Source of the DNA: an uncultured Rhodothermales bacterium
GTDB lineage: Bacteria; Bacteroidota; Rhodothermia; Rhodothermales; VXPQ01
NCBI GenBank assembly: GCA_964554105.1
Contig: CAZKNF010000006.1
Location: 20,144-84,143, forward strand
Direction of reading: 5' to 3'
DNA length: 64,000 bases
The stretch's first letter is position 1; each line of letters starts with the position of its first letter. The notes beneath the pieces are model-generated. The model saw only the letters and a list, made by a program, of their open reading frames with translations, was not told the origin of the DNA and searched no databases. A program made the translations under genes and the position numbers. Of this stretch, positions 28,153 to 36,939 are shown in pieces.

Positions 28153-28551
28153 TTATCGTATGTCCTGCTCGACGCCCCAGTCCCGTGCGAGTTGCTGGAT
28201 GAAGTCGATCTCTCCCATCGCGACCGCGCCGTCAGCTGTGGCAATGTCGGCGAGGTCGTTCAGGATGGCGATCCGTGACGGCTTCGACATCTCATCCGCC
28301 ACGGAGGCGATCGACGCCTCGAGCATCTGATCACCGTTGGCACCAACGTAGACAAGCATAACGTCGTTCATGACTTGCTTGACACCGTCCGACTTAAAAT
28401 ACGCATTCCACGCACTCAGCTTCCGCGACATCGCATCGACCTCGGACGCATCGAGATCATCATCTGCGCCGTGTGTCAAAGCGAGGTATATCAAAGCGAG
28501 GTCGTGCGCAACCGTCCACTCGGGGTAGTCCTCCTTACGCTGATCACCCAT
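28153..28551 (-). CDS. TerB-like (tellurite-resistance TerB / DjlA N-domain-like) small cytoplasmic protein
   Basis: A helical protein of about 130 aa with two acidic repeats, LTHGADDDLDASEVDAM and IATADGAVAMGEIDFIQQLA, the second typical of TerB-like metal-binding helices. The assignment is tentative. Confidence 0.45.
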   Translation of the reverse strand: MGDQRKEDYPEWTVAHDLALIYLALTHGADDDLDASEVDAMSRKLSAWNAYFKSDGVKQVMNDVMLVYVGANGDQMLEASIASVADEMSKPSRIAILNDLADIATADGAVAMGEIDFIQQLARDWGVEQDIR

Positions 28552-28636
28552 CCGTAATTCGCGAATTAATTCAACTTGCGCGTCATATTAGTATCCGGGA
28601 CACGCTGACCGGCGACGACTCGTAGTGTATGCGGAA

Positions 28637-29329
28637 TCAGGCAGCCGTCGCGCCCCTGTCCACTCGGAGTACAGTCCCGGTCGTAGATTGATTCTCGATA
28701 AGGAACAGGACGGCGTGCGCGACATCTCGATTATTCCCGTCGTAACGAACCGGTGAAGTGGCGTCCTGACCACGACCATGCTCTTCCTGTTCGTCAATAA
28801 CGTTGTCACCGGGTGCTACCGCATTGATGCGAATTGGGCTCAATTCCGTCGCTAGGCTTCTAATCAATCCTTCGACCGCGCAATTCGCGGCGCCAAGGAC
28901 GGACTCGCCACGGACAACGCGTCGACCTGAACTCCCTGAGAAGAGGGTGATTGAACCCGATTTATTGATGAACGGGATGCATCGCTGGGCCGCGAGAAAC
29001 TGGCCCCAGTACTTCGTTTCGAAGACTTTTTTGGCCTCGTCAATATCACAGTCAATGAAATCAGACCGGAAGCTCTCGGCAGCGGTGACCACCAGATCGT
29101 CGAAGCCTTTCATCTGTTCGAAGCAGAAATCGAGTTCGCGAGGATCACGTACGTCTAATTCGCACGTCTCGATATCATCGCCGAGCTCCTCCTGCGCGCT
29201 GGCGAGATGCTCTTGCGCCCGATCAGCAATGATGACGTGTGCACCTGCTGAACTCGCCGCGGATGCCGTCGCTTTTCCGATACCCGAGGCACCGCCTATG
29301 ATCAAGAGCTTTTTTCCGTTCAGGCGCAT
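28637..29329 (-). CDS. SDR-fold (short-chain dehydrogenase-like) protein, apparently missing the canonical YxxxK
   Basis: Has a Rossmann motif KKLLIIGGASGIGKATA. Where classical SDRs have Y-x-A-S-K-A-A it reads LGAANCAV, followed by the usual IRINAVAPG. NAG is replaced by TAA. The ATG at 29329 (MRLNGKK) is preferred, since 29386 would overlap the divergent RLP gene region. Confidence 0.65.
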   Translation of the reverse strand: MRLNGKKLLIIGGASGIGKATASAASSAGAHVIIADRAQEHLASAQEELGDDIETCELDVRDPRELDFCFEQMKGFDDLVVTAAESFRSDFIDCDIDEAKKVFETKYWGQFLAAQRCIPFINKSGSITLFSGSSGRRVVRGESVLGAANCAVEGLIRSLATELSPIRINAVAPGDNVIDEQEEHGRGQDATSPVRYDGNNRDVAHAVLFLIENQSTTGTVLRVDRGATAA

Positions 29330-29416
29330 ATCCTTCCAAGCATAGTTGTTCGGATCATACTGCGCAACAGCGGGCGAATGCCGCACCCGGCGACAGAATC
29401 ACGTAATCGTGACACC

Positions 29417-30535
29417 ATGGAGTTTATCGAAGCGACATACAGGCTTGAGAAATCGACAGCTCAACCGGAGGAGCGCCTTAAGTCAATTCTTCAAGAGCAA
29501 ACGATCGAGACGCCACAAAGCGTGGCGGATCGATACCCGTTCGTCCGCGAGAACATGATGGGCCGGATACGGGAGTTTGAACCGGACGAATCGGGGGGCT
29601 ACGTCGCTACGCTGGAGCTTCCCCTCACAACGGCTTCATCAGATCCGGCACAGTTTCTCAACGTGCTGTTCGGCAATTCCTCGCTGCATCCGGACGTGCA
29701 GCTCGCAGATTTTCAAATCCCTCCGTCGCTCGGGTCGCTGTTTCGCGGTCCAGCGCACGGCGTCGAGGGCATCCGGAAAATCACCGGCGTGACGGGGCGA
29801 CCACTTACCTGCAGCGCCCTTAAGCCGGTCGGGCTTCGAGTTGAAGAGCTGGCCAAGTTGTGCCGCGGCTTCGTCTCGGGAGGCATCGACATGATAAAGG
29901 ACGACCACTATCTAGCCGACCAATCCTTCGCACCTTTCGAGGAGAGGGTTCGCACTTGTTTAGTGACCGTGGAGGAATCGTCCGCAAAAAGCGGCAACAA
30001 ATGCATCTACATCCCCAATCTTTCGGGCACGCCCGAGACGATCCGACGTCAGGCCGAATTCGCTCAAGCGGCCGGTGCCAGAGCCGTAATGCTCGCACCG
30101 ATGCTCGTCGGAATGCCGCTGATCCATGAACTCTGCACGCGATGGCTCGACGTTCCTTTGCTGGCGCATCCGAGCTTCGGTGGCGCGCTTCGCATCGACC
30201 CGCCTGCACTCTTCGGGAAGCTGTTTCGACTTTTCGGCGCCGATGCCGTCATTTTCGCAAACTACGGCGGACGCTTCAGCTACTCACCGTCTGTGTGTCG
30301 TGAGATCGCTGAAAATCTACGCGGCAATTGGCTGCAGATGAATGGATCCCTTCCGACACCCGCCGGAGGGATGAGCGCCGATCGCGCCTCCGAGCTGGTA
30401 GAATTCTTCGGACTGGACACCATTTTATTGGTCGGAGGCAGCTTGCTGGAGGCCCACGATGAACTCGCAGACAGGACGAAGGCGTTCACGACCAGCGTCC
30501 GATCGGCGGCGGATGCGTTGTCCGGCTCAGCTTAA
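29417..30535 (+). CDS. RuBisCO-like protein (form IV large-subunit homologue, non-carboxylating)
   Basis: 372 aa starting at MEFIEATYRLEK. RPLTCSALKPVGL compares with KPKLG, GGIDMIKDDH with GG-x-DF-x-KDDE. LLAHPSFGGAL, SLPTPAGGMS and ILLVGGSLLEAH match RLP/MtnW-type blocks. The equivalents of Lys177 and Glu204 are Val and His. Confidence 0.85.
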   Translation: MEFIEATYRLEKSTAQPEERLKSILQEQTIETPQSVADRYPFVRENMMGRIREFEPDESGGYVATLELPLTTASSDPAQFLNVLFGNSSLHPDVQLADFQIPPSLGSLFRGPAHGVEGIRKITGVTGRPLTCSALKPVGLRVEELAKLCRGFVSGGIDMIKDDHYLADQSFAPFEERVRTCLVTVEESSAKSGNKCIYIPNLSGTPETIRRQAEFAQAAGARAVMLAPMLVGMPLIHELCTRWLDVPLLAHPSFGGALRIDPPALFGKLFRLFGADAVIFANYGGRFSYSPSVCREIAENLRGNWLQMNGSLPTPAGGMSADRASELVEFFGLDTILLVGGSLLEAHDELADRTKAFTTSVRSAADALSGSA

Positions 30536-30672
30536 TCCGCGGCGCCCTTCAATAAGTGACACGCCGTCGGGGAACTTCACCATACCGGTCCCATACGTCC
30601 AGCGACGAGCCGAAGCCTCGAAGCCGACACGGCACGCGTCGACGCGATAAAGTCTATTATTCAGGATGTGAG

Positions 30673-31173
30673 ATGCCGAACAATCCCAAACATCTAGAAT
30701 CCGAAAACCGGATCGGTGAGGCGCCCGGCAATATCAGGAAATTCCGTCCTGAGAATGACGGGTACCGCTGGAGTGATGTCCCGCTAAAACGATATAAAGA
30801 GGATGGAAGTCACTTCAGGAAGATTACACGCCAGACGCTCTTCTCCGGACGCGCAGATTCGGGATCGGAGATGCGGTACTTCGAGATAGGTGCGGGTGGG
30901 CACTCTACTTTCGAACGCCATGTTCACACGCACTCTGTGCTGGTCCTCCGTGGGCGTGGACGTGTCCTTGTCGGTGCAAGTGTCCGTGCCGTTGAGGCCT
31001 TCGATCTTATCGACGTGCCATCACGCACCTGGCATCAGTTTCGTGCGGATGACGAACCACTCGGCTTTCTCTGCCTGGTTGCGTGTGACCGAGACCGGCC
31101 GACGCGACCGACACCTGATGAGCAAGACGTCTTGCGTACGGACCCCGTCATCGCAGCGTTCGCCAGGTTTTAA
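30673..31173 (+). CDS. cupin domain protein
   Basis: Cupin motif 1 is GAGGHSTFERHVHTHSVLVLRGRG and motif 2 is DLIDVPSRTWHQFRA. The ATG at 30673 (MPNNPKHLE) is preferred; the track start at 30556 adds an Arg/Ser-rich leader that looks non-coding. Confidence 0.7.
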   Translation: MPNNPKHLESENRIGEAPGNIRKFRPENDGYRWSDVPLKRYKEDGSHFRKITRQTLFSGRADSGSEMRYFEIGAGGHSTFERHVHTHSVLVLRGRGRVLVGASVRAVEAFDLIDVPSRTWHQFRADDEPLGFLCLVACDRDRPTRPTPDEQDVLRTDPVIAAFARF

Positions 31174-31190
31174 CAATCCAGGTCCCCAGT

Positions 31191-32042
31191 ATGTCGCAAC
31201 GTGATATTGAGACACTGCGTCAGCGCGTCGAAGCTGTCGCTGACCTCGCCGAAAACGACGGCGATCCGGAGGCTGCGAGACAGGTCTTTGAGGATCTCAT
31301 CAGCGCTTTGAATGAGGGACAGGTGCGTGCGGCCTCGAGACGAGTGGACGGTGCGTGGAACGTACACGGATGGGTGAAGCAGGGAATTCTCCTCGGGTTC
31401 AAGCTCGGAACGCTACGAGACTACTCGACGGGCGGATTTCCTTTCTTTGACAAGGATACCTATCCCTTGCGACCCGCGTCCCTGCACGACCGCGTTCGAA
31501 TCGTGCCGGGTGGATCGTCTATCCGCACCGGCGCTTATGTGGCACCGAGCGTCGTCTGCATGCCGCCGATGTATATCAATGCTGGGGCATTCGTTGATGA
31601 AGGCACGATGGTCGATTCACACGCGCTCGTCGGCAGCTGCGCACAGATCGGAAAGCGTGTCCATCTATCGGCCGCTACACAGATCGGCGGCGTACTCGAG
31701 CCGGTCGGAGCCATGCCGGTTATCGTAGAAGACGACGTCTTCCTCGGAGGCGGGTGCGGAGTGTACGAGGGATGTGTGATCCGTAACGGTGCAGTACTCG
31801 CCCCGGGAGTCATTTTAACGGGTGCAACCCGCATCTATGATCTGATACAGGAGCGCGTGCTTTCCCGAGAAAAGAACGGCGTGCTCGAGGTGCCGGAAGA
31901 CGCAGTACTGGTACCGGGTTCGCGTAGAGGAGCCGGGGCATTTGCCGAAAGCAACGGCATCTCCCTCTACGCGCCGGTTATCGTCAAATACCGCGATCGC
32001 AAAACGGCAGCTTCCACGACATTGGAAGATGCGTTACGATGA
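31191..32042 (+). CDS. dapD: 2,3,4,5-tetrahydropyridine-2,6-dicarboxylate N-succinyltransferase
   Basis: N-terminal helical domain with WVKQGILLGFK, then left-handed beta-helix hexapeptide repeats (VRIVPGGSSIRTGAYVAPSVVCMPPMYINAGAFVDEGTMVDSHALVGSCAQIGKRVHLSA). Confidence 0.9.
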   Translation: MSQRDIETLRQRVEAVADLAENDGDPEAARQVFEDLISALNEGQVRAASRRVDGAWNVHGWVKQGILLGFKLGTLRDYSTGGFPFFDKDTYPLRPASLHDRVRIVPGGSSIRTGAYVAPSVVCMPPMYINAGAFVDEGTMVDSHALVGSCAQIGKRVHLSAATQIGGVLEPVGAMPVIVEDDVFLGGGCGVYEGCVIRNGAVLAPGVILTGATRIYDLIQERVLSREKNGVLEVPEDAVLVPGSRRGAGAFAESNGISLYAPVIVKYRDRKTAASTTLEDALR

Positions 32043-32132
32043 TAGTTACGATCTTCGCGAATCGGGTCACGTGACCACTACGAGGGATATGCCTCCGAGA
32101 TTAATGGTCGCGACGCGATCGGTTAGGATGCC

Positions 32133-32678
32133 CTACCTCGTGACAGTTATGGTGTCGGGAACGATGAAAGCATCGGGGAACCGCCGCGTCAGGTAGCTTC
32201 GCGCACGCTCAGCTGCATCACGGGAGGTAAAATTGCCAATGCGCACGCGATAGTACGGCTGCATATATACCACCGAAATTGCCATGTCGTCTCCGAGGAG
32301 CCCTGGCGGCGCCTCCTCTTGGACTTCTGACCACCAGGCCTTGGCGTCCTCCTCCAGGTCCACGGCCGAGTTCTTATCTAGAGTCTGGAACACCTGGACG
32401 CGAAACCCGCGGACGTTCGACTCAACGCCGGAATCCGCTCGGCCCTCCATAAGGCTGGCCGGCACGTCGTGCTCGATGCCCGGATCAGCGCCCGGCGGCG
32501 GCTCGGTATACGTGGATGAATCGAAATCCTCGTAGTCAGACATCTGCACCTCCGGCGTAGGAAGTTCGTCAGCATCTTCCACGGGATCGGTTGCTTCTCT
32601 CGGGCCCGCACAGGCCGCAAGAAATACGAGCGCGAGGCTCAGAAATACGGCATGTATTCGGATCGTTCGCAAGATCAT
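32133..32678 (-). CDS. SPOR domain lipoprotein
   Basis: Signal and lipobox MILRTIRIHAVFLSLALVFLAAC, an acidic linker, and a C-terminal SPOR fold (GFRVQVFQTLDKNSAVDLEEDAKAWW and YYRVRIGNFTSRDAAERARSYL). Confidence 0.75.
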   Translation of the reverse strand: MILRTIRIHAVFLSLALVFLAACAGPREATDPVEDADELPTPEVQMSDYEDFDSSTYTEPPPGADPGIEHDVPASLMEGRADSGVESNVRGFRVQVFQTLDKNSAVDLEEDAKAWWSEVQEEAPPGLLGDDMAISVVYMQPYYRVRIGNFTSRDAAERARSYLTRRFPDAFIVPDTITVTR

Positions 32679-32741
32679 GGTCCCGCTTCTTGTATTGCGA
32701 TAGCGTGAGTTGCACGTAGACGCATAACGGAAGATCCGGGC

Positions 32742-33428
32742 CTAGTGAAAGCCGGTCACGATCCTGACTGATGCGCTTGCACCGATGCGTGTGGCGCCAT
32801 GTGCAATCATCAATCTCGCATCTTCGGCGGACCGGATTCCCCCGGATGCCTTGACACCCATCTCTTCTCCCACCGTTCGGCGCATAAGGGCGATGTCCGA
32901 CGCCGTCGCACCTCCCTTCGAAAATCCGGTGGACGTCTTCACGAAATCAGCGCCGGCATTCTGCGCGAGCTTGCACGCGGTAGTCTTCTGCTCGTCCGAA
33001 AGGAGCGCCGTCTCCAGAATGACTTTGACAATGGTACCTTTTCGCGCCTGACGGACTGCCGAAACCACTGCACGCATGTCCGCTTCGACGAAATCGTTCC
33101 GGCCGCTCACCAACATCCCCACGTTCATCACCATGTCGATCTCCGTGGCACCGTCAGCAATCGCCCTCTCAGCTTCGCGTGCTTTAATCTCTGTGTGATT
33201 TGCCCCAAAGGGGAATCCGACGACCGTGCAGACTTCGACCTCCGAACCGGCGAGCCGTTCTGCTACAAAGGGCACAAAGCACGGATTTACGCACGCGGCG
33301 GCGAAAGTAAATTCGAGCGCCTCGGCGCACAGCGCGCGGATTTCTTCCAGGCTCGTCTCAGGCTTCAGGGCGGTGTGATCGATTAACCGCGCCAGCTGCG
33401 AATCCGGACCCTTATCACGTTCGTCCAT
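32742..33428 (-). CDS. deoC: deoxyribose-phosphate aldolase
   Basis: [46 protein letters not shown] (Schiff-base Lys) and VKASGGIR. Confidence 0.9.
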   Translation of the reverse strand: MDERDKGPDSQLARLIDHTALKPETSLEEIRALCAEALEFTFAAACVNPCFVPFVAERLAGSEVEVCTVVGFPFGANHTEIKAREAERAIADGATEIDMVMNVGMLVSGRNDFVEADMRAVVSAVRQARKGTIVKVILETALLSDEQKTTACKLAQNAGADFVKTSTGFSKGGATASDIALMRRTVGEEMGVKASGGIRSAEDARLMIAHGATRIGASASVRIVTGFH

Positions 33429-33491
33429 GGCTCGAAAATACCCAGCTCGCGCGACATATTCGCGACGCTGCTATACAAGCTGGCTCATCCG

Positions 33492-34874
33492 CTACTTCGC
33501 AACCATGGAATCGAGGTCGTATCGGCGACGCTTCTCCCACAGCGTCTTCTTTGAAATGCCGAGCAGATCCGCGATCTCGGAATAGCTCGTATCGAAATTA
33601 TTGAGCGTGTGGAGGATGTATTCGCGCTCCAGTTCTTCTAGTGACGCCCCCGTCGGAAATCGAAATGCTCCATTCGCAAAATAACTCTCGTCGAGCGCGT
33701 CGGTCGCGACCAGGGCGAGGTCCTCGTCATCGATCCGATCTCCGCGGGCAAAGATCATCGCACGCTCCAATACGTTTCGCAGCTCACGGACGTTGCCGGG
33801 CCAGGTATGGCTTCGAAGCTTCTCTTCTGCATCGGCCGTAAACCCTTTCGTTTCGCGACTCATCTCCTCATTGAATTCCTCGACAACCGATCCGGCAATC
33901 TCGACGATGTCATCATCCATCTGGCGAAGCGGCGGAAGGTGCAAATTCACCACGTTGATCCGAAAATACAGGTCCTTCCTGAACTCCTTATTCTTGAGCC
34001 GTTCATCAAGATCGGCATTCGTCGCGCACACAATTCTTGCGGTGACGCGCAGATCGTCCACACCGCCGAGGCGCCGGAACGTGCGGCTCTCGAGAAATGA
34101 GAGCAGCTTCGCCTGCAGCACCATGCTCATTGAATCGATCTCATCGAGGAAGAGCGTTCCGCCGTCGGCCAACTCGAGAAGACCCTGCTTTGATGCGCGC
34201 GCATCGGTGAACGCGCCCTTTTCATATCCGAAGAGCTCGGCCTCGAGCAGGTTGTCAGGAAGAGCGGCACAGTTGATTTCCATGAACCGCCCGGCATTAT
34301 ACGTCGAATTATAGTGGATGGTCTTCGCGACCAGGTTTTTTCCGGTACCGGTTTCTCCGGTGATAAGCACGATGGTATTGGGTACGTCCCTCAGCGTTCT
34401 GACGGTGTCGCGCACCTTCGAGATGGACGAGCTCTTCCCTAAAATTCCGCTGATCGGATAGGCAGCCCGGCGTGTAGTCTTGATTTCATCCAGCTCCTGC
34501 TTGGCATCATACAGATCCAGAGCCTTCGCGATGAGCACGCGCATCTCTTCCAGATTCACGGGCTTTTGCAAATAATGGAAGGCACCCAGTCGCATCGCCT
34601 CGACGGCTGTCTGCACGGATGAATGCGCCGTCATAATGATAACCGGCACGACTGCCTGTCGGTCGCGAAGCGCCTCCATCATTTCGATGCCGCTCATCCC
34701 CGGCATCATCAAATCCGCGAGCACGACATCCGGGATCTCGTTCGAATCGAACGCTTCGAGCATCTTGATCGGATTCGTGAAGGATCTGGCTTCGAATCCC
34801 TCTCGGTTCAGAACCTTTGCAAACATCTCCCCGATCTTGGGTTCGTCGTCGACTATAAAGATGCGTTTTTTCAC
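33492..34874 (-). CDS. sigma-54-dependent response regulator (NtrC family: REC, AAA+, Fis-type HTH)
   Basis: Receiver IFIVDDEP and VVLADLMMPGMSG, Walker A GETGTGKN, the GAFTDA loop in ELFGYEKGAFTDA, LFLDEI, and a C-terminal HTH (YSEIADLLGISKKTLWEKRRRY). GTG start. No histidine kinase gene lies nearby. Confidence 0.9.
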   Translation of the reverse strand: MKKRIFIVDDEPKIGEMFAKVLNREGFEARSFTNPIKMLEAFDSNEIPDVVLADLMMPGMSGIEMMEALRDRQAVVPVIIMTAHSSVQTAVEAMRLGAFHYLQKPVNLEEMRVLIAKALDLYDAKQELDEIKTTRRAAYPISGILGKSSSISKVRDTVRTLRDVPNTIVLITGETGTGKNLVAKTIHYNSTYNAGRFMEINCAALPDNLLEAELFGYEKGAFTDARASKQGLLELADGGTLFLDEIDSMSMVLQAKLLSFLESRTFRRLGGVDDLRVTARIVCATNADLDERLKNKEFRKDLYFRINVVNLHLPPLRQMDDDIVEIAGSVVEEFNEEMSRETKGFTADAEEKLRSHTWPGNVRELRNVLERAMIFARGDRIDDEDLALVATDALDESYFANGAFRFPTGASLEELEREYILHTLNNFDTSYSEIADLLGISKKTLWEKRRRYDLDSMVAK

Positions 34875-35058
34875 CGGTCTGAAGAAGTTTGATGGGAGAG
34901 TCTATTCGGTCACACACCCACATCGCATCACCGATCTCCTAAAAGAGGAAAACCCCTGATTACAGCGCGTTCTGGTCGCGGAACGCAGTGGTGAGAGGCG
35001 ATGAGCGGTAATTTCGTAACGGGTGTATCGGCGGACGGAGGCAGAAATAAAGCTCCCG

Positions 35059-35985
35059 TTACATTCTTACTGGCCCTAGAATGCGCAAACCGGCCGGCAC
35101 CACGCCGATCTCCAACTGGTAGGCTTCTTCAGTAAGAATTTCACCATCCGCCTGGATAGCAAGTGCCTGAGAAGAATTTATGGACATGCGATCTATCTTC
35201 TCCATCTGCACTTCAGGGGCGTGTACGTGGGTACCAGAAAGGGCCCGGGGAAGCAGAGTCAGTACGCGAGGAACAGACACCCCGCGGATGATGCAGGCGT
35301 CCAACATGCCGTCCAGTATGGAGGCGTCGGGCGTAAGATAGAATCCGCCGCCACTGCAGACGCCATTTCCGACCAGGGCGAGAAACAGAGGTCCGTGATA
35401 CGAATACACCGTCTCGTCTTCGACGAATAGGTCGATGAGCACACGCGGAGCCCGCCAGCTCCGGAGCGTGCGAAGCACGGCGGCAACGTATCGAGGTGTA
35501 CCGGTGAGTAACTTGAAGGATGACGCCGCCGCGGCTACTTTGGCGTCGAACCCCGCCCCGCCGATGTTGATAAAGTAGCCGCTGCCGGTCCCGGCGGGAC
35601 CGCTCCAAGATATGGATCCATAGTCGACACGGGCACAACGGCCATAAGAAAGTTCGTATAGTGCAGATTCTAGACTGGCGGGTACATCCAGCATCTTTGC
35701 AAAGTCATTCCCCGTGCCCATTGGCAGCATTGCCATTGGAACGTCTACGCCGCTTTCGATGATACCCGACGCCACATCGTGGGCCGTGCCGTCTCCACCG
35801 ACGGCTACGACGGCGCTCCCTGCTTCCGCCGCGATGCGTGAGATGCTAAACGCATGGCCGGCGTGCTGGGTAATTTGAATCTCATGCTCGAGATCGGATG
35901 CTGCAAGGAGGTCTGCGAGGCGCCGGCGACTCCGACGTGCCGACAAACCTCCGGCTCTTGGATTGACGACGAAAACGAATTTCAT
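35059..35985 (-). CDS. diacylglycerol/lipid kinase family protein (YegS/BmrU-like)
   Basis: MKFVFVVNPRAGG, VVAVGGDGTAHDV and LPMGTGNDFA. The ATG at 35985 avoids overlap with the divergent gene at 36004. Confidence 0.8.
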   Translation of the reverse strand: MKFVFVVNPRAGGLSARRSRRRLADLLAASDLEHEIQITQHAGHAFSISRIAAEAGSAVVAVGGDGTAHDVASGIIESGVDVPMAMLPMGTGNDFAKMLDVPASLESALYELSYGRCARVDYGSISWSGPAGTGSGYFINIGGAGFDAKVAAAASSFKLLTGTPRYVAAVLRTLRSWRAPRVLIDLFVEDETVYSYHGPLFLALVGNGVCSGGGFYLTPDASILDGMLDACIIRGVSVPRVLTLLPRALSGTHVHAPEVQMEKIDRMSINSSQALAIQADGEILTEEAYQLEIGVVPAGLRILGPVRM

Positions 35986-36003
35986 CCGGACCGGTAGCGT
36001 GCG

Positions 36004-36939
36004 ATGGTAGGGCAACAAACATACGCTTCGTGCATCCTCATTCCCATTCTTTTTGTCGGGGGATTACTCATCGCGGCATGCCGGCCTTCCGGCGAGCACG
36101 GCCTTAGAGTGATAGAGGATGACCTAGGACGGACGCTGCACCTGCAAGACACGATCTCGCGTGTCGTGACGCTCGCACCGAATCTGACGGAAATCGTATT
36201 CGCGGCAGGTGCAGGGCACAGCCTTGTCGGGGTCGGCCGTCCGGACGACTTCCCCCCTGCGGTCGACATGCTGCCCCGCTACAGCGTGTATCCCGTCGAC
36301 TTTGAAGCAGTGGCTGCGCTCAAACCTGATCTCGCGCTCGCGTCCGATCAGGTAAACGGCCTCCGGGATGCCGAAACGCTGGCGGCACTCGACATCCCGA
36401 CGTACTTCATCGCTTCCTCAGATTTAGACGAAATTTTCGAAGGAATCCTGAGTGTGGGGGCCCTTCTTGGAACCGAACCAGCCGCCGAGTCAAGCGTGGA
36501 CTCTCTCCGCCAGCGCATGCAGGCACTGGCGGAACGTACGAGCACCATTTCCGAGCGGCCGCTGACATTGTTCTTGATTAGTGACGAGACGCTGTTCTCC
36601 TTCGGACGAGAGAGCTATATGCACGATCTCATCGAACTTGCCGGCGGACGGAGCGCAACTGCGGACATCGACGCCGATGCACCGATATTGAGCGAGGAAT
36701 TCGTACTCTCCATAAGACCCGACGTTATCATCGGACCGTGGGGCGACAATTACGACGCCTGGGGGCTTCTCAGAAATCACCCGACGTGGGACGTCGTGCC
36801 GGCCGTCGAAAATGGGCGCGTTTACAGCGTCGACGCGTCTCTCGTCGAGCGACCGGGGCCACGGCTCATCGAGGGCGCGTGGGTCATGGCGCGAAAGATT
36901 CATCCCGAACTGTTCGAGAATGGCGTTGAGTACGAGTAG
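36004..36939 (+). CDS. ABC transporter periplasmic binding lipoprotein, BtuF/iron-siderophore (cluster A) type
   Basis: Lipobox LLIAAC, RVVTLAPNLTEIVFAAGAGHSLVGV, LKPDLALAS, and a C-terminal VERPGPRLIEG. Confidence 0.8.
   Translation: MVGQQTYASCILIPILFVGGLLIAACRPSGEHGLRVIEDDLGRTLHLQDTISRVVTLAPNLTEIVFAAGAGHSLVGVGRPDDFPPAVDMLPRYSVYPVDFEAVAALKPDLALASDQVNGLRDAETLAALDIPTYFIASSDLDEIFEGILSVGALLGTEPAAESSVDSLRQRMQALAERTSTISERPLTLFLISDETLFSFGRESYMHDLIELAGGRSATADIDADAPILSEEFVLSIRPDVIIGPWGDNYDAWGLLRNHPTWDVVPAVENGRVYSVDASLVERPGPRLIEGAWVMARKIHPELFENGVEYE

Noticed and set aside
28476-28502. A 12-bp tandem-like repeat, TCAAAGCGAGGT-ata-TCAAAGCGAGGT
   Set aside because: It lies inside the TerB-like coding sequence and simply encodes the repeated L-A-L peptide (DLALIYLAL). 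It has no independent significance.
32065-32076. A perfect 12-bp palindrome, GGTCACGTGACC, in the convergent dapD / SPOR-gene spacer
   Set aside because: It is a single copy with no second site or adjacent promoter. It is too short and loopless to act as a terminator. It may be a regulator or restriction-type site, but nothing in the window supports a function.
35986-36003. An expected cobalamin riboswitch or Fur box upstream of the BtuF-like binding-protein gene
   Set aside because: Only 18 nt separate it from the divergent lipid-kinase gene, so there is no room for such an element.
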